Of a DNA stretch of 64,000 bases, positions 56,873-64,000 are shown one piece after another. The translations under genes and the position numbers were made by a program. The stretch comes from an uncultured Gammaproteobacteria bacterium (GTDB lineage Bacteria > Patescibacteriota > Patescibacteriia > UBA1558 > S5-K13), in NCBI GenBank assembly GCA_964640635.1, contig CAZXFD010000003.1, positions 65,149-129,148 on the forward strand, given 5' to 3'. Numbering within the stretch: the first letter of the stretch is position 1; each line of letters begins with the position of its first letter. The notes beneath the pieces were generated by a model that was not told where the DNA came from, made no database searches, and worked only from the letters and a program-made list of their open reading frames with translations.

Positions 56873-58096
56873 CTATTGTTTGTTTAGAAGAGCAAGAAAC
56901 TCTTCTGTTTTTGCCTTGAAGATGTCTTTGAACTCTTCTGGCGGTTTTCTTGTGATTAAGGAGCTGAAATCTTCGTAATTCATATCAGAAAAAAGTTCAG
57001 AAATTCTGCTTCTTACTGATTTTGTTAGCTCAAAATTACGAGGCGCAGACTCGCTCCAGTATAGAATCAATTGGGAAATATCGTTTATGCCCTTTAGATT
57101 ATTGATGAGTAACTGAGTAAGGATTTTTTCAAATAACTCTACATTACAGTAGTTCCAAGTGTGTTTATACGCAATTAAATCATCAAGATCCTGAAAAACG
57201 AATTCCGTTTTCTTTATGATTTCTATTGCTCGGTAGGATATATATATTCTCACCATATGACAATAGGGAAGATCACTGTATAATTTCCTAAGTATTTTTA
57301 TATCTTCTTCGGTAGAAAGAATTTCTCGCGCTTTCCAGCTTGCCGCAGACTCTACATGAGAAAAGTCAGTCACTCTTGTGGAGTTATTGCATATCTCTAC
57401 TAATTTGTTTAGATCAGATATGTTCGACATTTTTGAGAGAAGATCCACGATTTTTTCATCGATTAATTCTCTGGATTTAGATTCGCGAGGAGAGTGTGCC
57501 CACAGAATCTCAATATCGTTAATATTGGATATAGAAATATTGGATAGCGCCTCTATTACTAGCTCAGCCATCCTTTTTTCAACTTCAGGAGAATTGCGAA
57601 CTATCTTTTTCCATTTTATAAGTTCATTGACTTCGGCCTTAGAAATAATGTCTGATTTTAGCTCAGATATTTTTCTTCTGATAAGCATATCTACGATTCC
57701 GTATTGATATTCATTTACCAGACGAATCAGTTCTTCTGTGTCAGTTTCCTGACAAAGAATTTCGGTAGTCTTTTGCTCAAGGGCAGATTGTAATTCAGGG
57801 ATTTTGTTTTCTCTATCGCGATCATATCTGAGGAGCGCATATAAACTATCAGTATGCTCGACAATATTTACTAGACAACTTTTAATTCTTTCTGTGTCGG
57901 AAGAAGTATCAAGCATGTTAAAGACTTGATGAAACTCCAAATCCTCAATAGGAGGATCTATTTTCCTCAAAAAGTTTTCAAGAATATCCTGATTTGTCAT
58001 TGGCTTTTGCGAAATTGACTCTTCGGAAATTACAGGCATTGCTTCTTCGAACTCTTCTTTTGCTTTTGGGAAAAGTCTTTTAAAAAACTTTTTCAT
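56873..58096 (-). CDS. Hypothetical helical-repeat protein
   Basis: 407 aa; AGGAG RBS. Confidence 0.78.
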   Translation of the reverse strand: MKKFFKRLFPKAKEEFEEAMPVISEESISQKPMTNQDILENFLRKIDPPIEDLEFHQVFNMLDTSSDTERIKSCLVNIVEHTDSLYALLRYDRDRENKIPELQSALEQKTTEILCQETDTEELIRLVNEYQYGIVDMLIRRKISELKSDIISKAEVNELIKWKKIVRNSPEVEKRMAELVIEALSNISISNINDIEILWAHSPRESKSRELIDEKIVDLLSKMSNISDLNKLVEICNNSTRVTDFSHVESAASWKAREILSTEEDIKILRKLYSDLPYCHMVRIYISYRAIEIIKKTEFVFQDLDDLIAYKHTWNYCNVELFEKILTQLLINNLKGINDISQLILYWSESAPRNFELTKSVRSRISELFSDMNYEDFSSLITRKPPEEFKDIFKAKTEEFLALLNKQ

Positions 58097-58106
58097 CTTA
58101 TTCTCC

Positions 58107-58616
58107 TTAAAGTTTTAACTTTGATAACTTTTCTTGAATTTGTTTTTGTGTCGCAGAATCTAAAAATTGTTTGAATTCGGGTTCATGCAATTTTTGTAAC
58201 TCACTATATGTATTTGCATATTCAAGCATCTTTTGAAAAGAGATTTTCATGTTTGAAGAATCTTTTTCCGTTTTGCTCAATTGAAAGCTTTGCAGAGCCT
58301 CATCATAGGTGGTTGTAGATTCTACTATACTTTTTAATAACGTTCCATTTCTGGAGTTATTGAATTGTTTCTTGAGATCTACAAAATTAGATGGGGTTTT
58401 ATTGCTGATGTTGCTAAGTTGTTCAATTTGTTTAGATAGTTTTTGAATTTCTTTGGATTGTGTATTAAATAAGCCGGTGATTCCAAAATTATATAGCAAG
58501 AGTATCATGCCAATTACCCCGAAAACTAATATGCTTAGATTACAAAAAGTGGAATCAATATTTTTATTAGTCGCCACGAACCATTTGATTAATTCATTAT
58601 ATTGTTTTTCTTCCAT
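58107..58616 (-). CDS. Hypothetical membrane-anchored protein
   Basis: GAGGAGG RBS, one TM. Confidence 0.72.
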   Translation of the reverse strand: MEEKQYNELIKWFVATNKNIDSTFCNLSILVFGVIGMILLLYNFGITGLFNTQSKEIQKLSKQIEQLSNISNKTPSNFVDLKKQFNNSRNGTLLKSIVESTTTYDEALQSFQLSKTEKDSSNMKISFQKMLEYANTYSELQKLHEPEFKQFLDSATQKQIQEKLSKLKL

Positions 58617-58853
58617 TTTATCCTCCTCAGGATTTTATTTAGTTATTTTGTTGTCAAAGAGCCTTCATTTACTCTTTACAACTTAATCGTATCATATTGT
58701 CAAGTATATTCAACGAGTGTCAAATATATGCATTAAGTAAGTATTTGTATTTATACTTTAAGTGCCATTATTACTTGCTATAATGTATTATTTATGATAT
58801 ACTAAATAATAGTCGGATTACTACGACTACATACTAAAATTAAATATAAAAAT

Positions 58854-59612
58854 ATGAGCATTGGTATAAAAAATGTGCTTTTGAAGCTTGGAATAGAAGA
58901 TAAAAAAGCAGAAATATATCTATCTTGTCTTGAAAAAGGGGGTGCAACTGCATATTCTATAGCAAAAAAAGTAGGATTAAAGCGTCCAACAGCGTATGAC
59001 ATATTATATTCCCTTCAGAAAGAAGGACTTGTTTACATTGCTATAAAGGATAAAAAGAAGCTTTTTTACCCAGCAGATCCAGAAGTCCTAATGAGAAAGA
59101 TCAAAGAAAAAGAAAAAGATTTGAGCCTTGCAATGCCAATGTTACAAAATTTATACAATTCTCCCAAGACAAAGCCGAACATAATGTATTTTGAGGGTAT
59201 TGAGGGAATAAAACAAATGTATGAAGATGGTTTAAAAATTTTAAAAAAAGGAGATGAAATACTTTCTTATGGTGGTGAAGATATGGTTAAGTATTTACCA
59301 AAATATAGTGAGTATTATGTAGACGAAAGAGTTAGAAAAGGAATTTCCGTAAGGGGAATATATAAACAAGCTTCAGAGTATGAAAATTATGTAAAAAAAA
59401 GCAAAGAACAGCTAAGAGAAATTCGTCTTGTTGATGAGAGATTATTTGATGTTCAAAATGAAGTTTTGATTTATAAAAATAAAGTTGCAATTACTAGCTT
59501 TGGCAAAGAAATGTTTGGAATGATTATAGAATCACGTGAAATTTATAACTGCCAAAAAGCAATGTTTGAACTCGCATGGAGTGGTGCAGAAGTGATTAAT
59601 AGACTGAAATAG
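58854..59612 (+). CDS. TrmB-like transcriptional regulator
   Basis: LG....A.IYL..L..G......IA...GLKR.T.Y..L..L...GLV; FEG.EG; FE..W. Confidence 0.9.
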   Translation: MSIGIKNVLLKLGIEDKKAEIYLSCLEKGGATAYSIAKKVGLKRPTAYDILYSLQKEGLVYIAIKDKKKLFYPADPEVLMRKIKEKEKDLSLAMPMLQNLYNSPKTKPNIMYFEGIEGIKQMYEDGLKILKKGDEILSYGGEDMVKYLPKYSEYYVDERVRKGISVRGIYKQASEYENYVKKSKEQLREIRLVDERLFDVQNEVLIYKNKVAITSFGKEMFGMIIESREIYNCQKAMFELAWSGAEVINRLK

Positions 59613-59729
59613 TTGATTAATTATTCACCATAAAATAGGGCTTTTGCCTATATTGACTTTTTTTGTAGATGTAATAAAGTAAACACACTGAATTTATTTT
59701 TTGATAAAATAAAACTAAAAATTAAAAGA

Positions 59730-60914
59730 ATGTCTATGGTGAAAAAAATATTTTTGTCGATGTCAATATTCACCATTTTTTTATTTGTCTCTGGCATTGC
59801 AAATGCTCAAGAAATTGACACAAATGAAGAATATGGTAAAACTTGTACACTTCGAAAGTGCGAAGTACCCATACCAACGTTAATTGCACCAGATAAAGTT
59901 AATTTTAGTGGAAAAAACGATATTTATCTTACGGGACTTACATGGAACAACACAAAAATTCAAGTTTATCTAGATGCGCAGTATCAGGGTGAAGCAGTTG
60001 TTCAAAAAGATGATAGCGATATAGGAAATTTTTATTACAAAATAGAGGCTAATACTGTTGATAAGGGTAATCACAAATGGGCTGTTATCGCAACAAGTGG
60101 ATATTCAAGAAGTTTTGTATCAAAAGAAAACACATTTTATGTATCTAGAGATAAAACAAAGCCTGTTCTGCCAAAAAGTGAAGAAAAGCAAGTAGAGCCT
60201 ATTAAAAACAATGTTGATGCCTTAGAAAATGCAAGTTCTACTACATCAAGTATTGAGATTATTCTACCTAATGTGGATATAAGTGAATCAGCAAGTACAA
60301 CGGTTCAAGATTTAGAGACAACATCAACTACGAAAGGCATTGATATAAGCTTAACAAGCACAGAGGATATTATTGTGCCAAGTGACATAGCTACAACAAC
60401 AGAAGCTATTATAGGTGAGCCAGTAAAGGAACCCATCAAAGAACAAGTTGAAAATGTTGTAAATATAAAAACAACAAAAGAAACACCAGAAACTCCTGTA
60501 AATGGTGATAGCACAGAAAAAACAAGTGCCATTAAAGAAGATAAAAATGGAGTAGTCATTAGTAGTGTAGAGTCTCCTAGAGAAGTAAGTGTTTATGAGA
60601 AAAGCGAAAGCGATGTTAACGTTAATGTCGCGGGGGGTGTTGGAAGAGAAAGTCTTGTCGTGGATGATAACAATTATAAACCATCTGAAAGTCAACCAAA
60701 TATTGAATCAGAAAAAAAGGAAAGTGGTATTGTAGAAAAATTACAAAATGCAAAACCAGGGGATGTATTGCTAGAGAAAATAAAACAGGAATTAGGATTT
60801 AATTCAGAAATAGAAAAACAAAAGAAAAATAGGATTATAGGAATTTCAATTTTGTCCTTTGTTGTGGTGCTTTATGTGATAGTATCTATTGCAAGAAAAA
60901 AGGATAAAAAATAA
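59730..60914 (+). CDS. Surface protein: signal peptide, Ig-like domain, S/T/E-rich stalk, C-terminal TM
   Basis: Domain architecture inferred from composition. Confidence 0.78.
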   Translation: MSMVKKIFLSMSIFTIFLFVSGIANAQEIDTNEEYGKTCTLRKCEVPIPTLIAPDKVNFSGKNDIYLTGLTWNNTKIQVYLDAQYQGEAVVQKDDSDIGNFYYKIEANTVDKGNHKWAVIATSGYSRSFVSKENTFYVSRDKTKPVLPKSEEKQVEPIKNNVDALENASSTTSSIEIILPNVDISESASTTVQDLETTSTTKGIDISLTSTEDIIVPSDIATTTEAIIGEPVKEPIKEQVENVVNIKTTKETPETPVNGDSTEKTSAIKEDKNGVVISSVESPREVSVYEKSESDVNVNVAGGVGRESLVVDDNNYKPSESQPNIESEKKESGIVEKLQNAKPGDVLLEKIKQELGFNSEIEKQKKNRIIGISILSFVVVLYVIVSIARKKDKK

Positions 60915-60920
60915 GCAAGT

Positions 60921-61400
60921 TTATGAAGTTTTTAGATCAGTCCCGTTTATTGGGGCTGATTTTATTTCTAATAAAATATAAATTATTATTGAAATTGTAA
61001 TATAGGTATCTGCTAAATTAAAAATTGGGAAGCTCCATATTTTTATAAAATCTATTACACCAGCATATAGAAGTCTGTCTATTAGATTACTTATTGCACC
61101 AATTATTATAAGTGAGAATAAAAAGCTTTTTATATATTCCCTTTGTTGCATTTTTTTAAGAGCATTATATATAAGAAAAGACACTATTATGAACGTTGTA
61201 ATTAGTATTATAATATAAGGCACCTTTATGCTAAACGCAATACCACTGTTTATTTGGCTTTCTAGTCCAAAAAAATCAAAAAAATAAACTCCTTTTTGAG
61301 AGAGTTTATTTAAAGATATATATTTAGTAATCCTATCTATTATAAATAGCATTAGACATGAAAAGTATATAATAAATATTTTGAAGTTTTCTTTTTGCAT
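60921..61400 (-). CDS. lspA: Lipoprotein signal peptidase II
   Basis: N.GIAFS, GA.SNLIDR, V.DFI, FN.AD. Confidence 0.95.
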   Translation of the reverse strand: MQKENFKIFIIYFSCLMLFIIDRITKYISLNKLSQKGVYFFDFFGLESQINSGIAFSIKVPYIIILITTFIIVSFLIYNALKKMQQREYIKSFLFSLIIIGAISNLIDRLLYAGVIDFIKIWSFPIFNLADTYITISIIIYILLEIKSAPINGTDLKTS

Positions 61401-61402
61401 TA

Positions 61403-61765
61403 TTATAATGTTTTTCTTTTACAATCCATGCATTTGTTTGCCGTAGGAAAGGCTAAAAGTCTTTCTTCTGGAATTGCTTTGCCACACTCAATGCATTTTC
61501 CATAATTTCCCTTTTCAAGAGTTTTTAATGCTTCATTAACCTTTTCTAAAGATTTTTCAAGAGTTTTTTCTAGGTATAGGTCGCTTTCAAAATCAGCTAC
61601 TTCAGAAGCATTTTCATCTTCATCATCTCCATAATCTGGAAATTGTGCATCATAATCATTTTCATGAGCAGAGTTTTTGTTAGCAAAACTTTCTAATTCT
61701 TTTAAGATGTCCTCTTTCTCTTTGAGAAGCACTTGTTTTAATTGCTCAGTTGTTTTTTTATTCAT
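61403..61765 (-). CDS. DksA/TraR C4 zinc-finger protein
   Basis: YG.C..CG..I..ERL.A.P.A..C..C. Confidence 0.92.
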   Translation of the reverse strand: MNKKTTEQLKQVLLKEKEDILKELESFANKNSAHENDYDAQFPDYGDDEDENASEVADFESDLYLEKTLEKSLEKVNEALKTLEKGNYGKCIECGKAIPEERLLAFPTANKCMDCKRKTL

Positions 61766-61815
61766 AGCCCTCTTATTTAATATTAAAAATTGATAAACGA
61801 ATTATATGGCGTATG

Positions 61816-62571
61816 TTAAGTTATGTCAATAGGGGAAATTTGTTTTTTAAATTTTAGAAGCAATATTAGTGGATATCTAAATGATTGGTACTTTAAATCG
61901 AAATCATTTGAGTCTTCGTAGGATTTTATTTCATTGTAATCATCTATTATTAAACCGCTATTTCTTGCTCTGTTTATATAGGTTTCTAGCGGATAAAAGT
62001 TAGATTCTATGGTACCATTTGAGAATTTCCTATTTATTGAAAGGGCTTTGTGGTAGGGTTTTTTTATAAGTATTTTTGGTTTAAATCTTAATATTTTTCC
62101 TATAATAGATCTTTTCCACTCAGCTACTGGGTATGAATAATATGGATTTGGAATTGTGATAATTAATTCGCCGTCAGTTTTTAGTATTTGAGATATATTT
62201 TGAAATACTTTTTCTAGACTATTGGTGTCTTGAGCCACCATGTTCATTATGACGATATCAAAAAATTCTTTTTCATAAGGAAGATTTTCTTCTAGGTCTA
62301 ATAATCGTATATTTAATTCGGGATTATTGTTTTTGGCAATAGTTAATAATTCATTAGAATAGTCACAGGCAAAAATTTCAGTTTCTGTGAGTTCATTTTT
62401 CAATTTTTCAAGTAGCCATCCAGACCCACAACCAGCGTCTAGTATTTTTTTGGGTTTATTTAAAGTATTTTTTATATATTTAAACAATAGGCCTGTTTGT
62501 ATTTTGCCATTTTTTGAATTTAAAAAGTTTATATAGTTGTCAGCAGCGATTTTGTCTTTATAAGTCGGCAC
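61816..62571 (-). CDS. Class I SAM-dependent methyltransferase
   Basis: ILDAGCGSG, FDIV, LK..G.L. Confidence 0.9.
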   Translation of the reverse strand: MPTYKDKIAADNYINFLNSKNGKIQTGLLFKYIKNTLNKPKKILDAGCGSGWLLEKLKNELTETEIFACDYSNELLTIAKNNNPELNIRLLDLEENLPYEKEFFDIVIMNMVAQDTNSLEKVFQNISQILKTDGELIITIPNPYYSYPVAEWKRSIIGKILRFKPKILIKKPYHKALSINRKFSNGTIESNFYPLETYINRARNSGLIIDDYNEIKSYEDSNDFDLKYQSFRYPLILLLKFKKQISPIDIT

Positions 62572-62654
62572 TGTATTTTTTGAATATTTAAATTAAGTAT
62601 CATTTTATTATATTAACATTATAATTTTTGTGTGTAAATGATAAATTTTGAAAC

Positions 62655-62690
62655 TAAAAACCCCCATCCTTTGTAAGGGATGGGGGTTGT
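62655..62690 (-). terminator. Intrinsic terminator of the HU gene
   Basis: aacccccatccc/gggatgggggtt stem with a minus-strand U tract. Confidence 0.8.
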
Positions 62691-62705
62691 CTCAAATCTA
62701 AAAGA

Positions 62706-62987
62706 TTATAATACAGCTTCTTTTGCTGCTTTTGCTAGTCTGAATTTTACAACTGTTTTTGCTGCAATTTTAATTTTTTCTCCAGTTGCTGGGTTGATTC
62801 CCATTCTTTCTTTTCTCTTTGCCTTTACCATTTTTCCAAATCCTGGAAGAACAAATTCTCCACTTGTTTTTACTTCTTTGTATGCTAGTTCAACAAGAGT
62901 GTCCATGAAGGATACTACATCCTTTTTGGATAGACCTGTTTTTTCTGCTAATACTGTCATTAGCTGTGACTTTGTCATCTTTGCCAT
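62706..62987 (-). CDS. hup: DNA-binding protein HU
   Basis: MTKSQL, LPGFGK, R.G.NPATGE.I.I.A...VKF. Confidence 0.96.
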   Translation of the reverse strand: MAKMTKSQLMTVLAEKTGLSKKDVVSFMDTLVELAYKEVKTSGEFVLPGFGKMVKAKRKERMGINPATGEKIKIAAKTVVKFRLAKAAKEAVL

Positions 62988-63139
62988 CTTATTTTTTTTA
63001 GTTAATTGTTAACCTTGCCCAATGTTTATGAGCACTTTTATTATACCACTTTCTAATTATATGATAAATAGGGGTCTTTGTTAATCCCGCCGGTGGCGGG
63101 ATGAAGTCAATAAAAATTATAGTTGATTATTAAAGGGGT

Positions 63140-64000
63140 TTATTCAATATTTTTTAGTTCATTTATATTTTTGACAATGAATTCTATTTTTTTAGTATAT
63201 TTTTTAAAGATAATAAAATATTTATTTGAGTTTTTTAGATAATCGTTAATCATCCGTTTTCTTATTTTGGGGTCTATTTTCCAGGAATATAATTTTTTTA
63301 TAAATATATAATCCTTCTGCGCTAAGTATTTTGAACAAAAACTAAATATATCTTCTTTTTTATAAATTAATTTTCCTGTATGAATGTATGATTTTGCACC
63401 AATTGCATCTCTTATTGAGCGAACCGCCCACTTCACCCATTGAATTTGATTGCTTTTTTCTAATTTAAAACTATCCATTTCATGGGGTTCTAAATGAGTA
63501 TATATTTCAAATGGTAAATTGTCTAAATATCTTTTTTGATAGAATTTAGCAACAGGTGAATATATTTTACCATTTATTTCGGATCTCAAATTAGCTAATA
63601 AACTAGTGGGATCAAAAATAATATTACTCTCTAGAAGTAATTGGTGTTCTGAAGTTGATTTAACATTAAGTCTTTTTAGTTCGTGTTGAGCGAATCTGGC
63701 ATCTACTAAACCAAATTCAATATTTAAATTTAGTTGTGTAAAAGCTTTTTTCGAAGCAGGAAGGTTGAATTCATACCAATTAAGAGTCAGTAGTTGCTTT
63801 ATTTGGGAGGTTTTTAAGAAGTTTTGAAATTTATTTTTTGTTGTCTTTGGTTTTATATCTGATAAGCGATTTTCAGATGTTTGCATGAGATAAAAATTTG
63901 GAGATGATACATAGATTCTTGTATCAATATCTGAACTTGGCACAGCCTCGTCTTTAGCGAATGAACCAATTTCAGTAATTCCAACCACTTTGAAATCATG
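63140..64000 (-). CDS. Nucleotidyltransferase-domain protein (5' end probably outside the window)
   Basis: GSFA.......SDID motif; the frame is open to the window edge. Confidence 0.7.
   Translation of the reverse strand, partial: HDFKVVGITEIGSFAKDEAVPSSDIDTRIYVSSPNFYLMQTSENRLSDIKPKTTKNKFQNFLKTSQIKQLLTLNWYEFNLPASKKAFTQLNLNIEFGLVDARFAQHELKRLNVKSTSEHQLLLESNIIFDPTSLLANLRSEINGKIYSPVAKFYQKRYLDNLPFEIYTHLEPHEMDSFKLEKSNQIQWVKWAVRSIRDAIGAKSYIHTGKLIYKKEDIFSFCSKYLAQKDYIFIKKLYSWKIDPKIRKRMINDYLKNSNKYFIIFKKYTKKIEFIVKNINELKNIE

Noticed and set aside
1-64000. Alternative genetic code 25 (TGA=Gly)
   Set aside because: Long conserved genes read through without internal TGA, and TGA ends genes at expected positions, including ATGA overlaps at 43028-43031 and 46276-46279.

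Overview
AT-rich bacterial chromosome segment, most likely from a Patescibacteria/CPR (Parcubacteria-like) genome using genetic code 11. The lineage call is an inference from the gene repertoire. The window appears to span the replication origin: dnaA lies at the left edge, four parS palindromes lie at 14.0-15.4 kb and a same-strand DnaA-box cluster at about 16 kb. The rpmH-rnpA-yidD-yidC block sits 47.5 kb from dnaA. Core genes include ssb, pilT, a GlmU-like transferase, rplS, a type IV pilus operon (pilB, pilC, three pilin-like genes, pilMNO), EndoQ, PiT/DUF47, nusA, bactofilin, yraN, lspA, a DksA/TraR-family gene, HU and six tRNAs. Many single-gene orphan cassettes, each with a strong GGAGG site and often its own sigma70 promoter and terminator, are interspersed. 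The most unusual non-coding signals are: (1) two four-helix-bundle (23S-IVS/bAvd-like) genes bracketed by inverted arms of degenerate 7-8-bp repeats, with gene-less versions of the same arms beside nusA, yidC and tRNAs; (2) two tRNA 5' fragments interrupted in the D-loop by the same CCCGC...GCGGGGCAAG hairpin, each just upstream of an intact tRNA; (3) a REP-flanked GIY-YIG nuclease; (4) parS sites carrying a second conserved palindrome; (5) a 133-bp direct repeat around an orphan gene; (6) candidate sRNAs and unannotated microproteins. All calls come from reading motifs by eye; no database searches were run.
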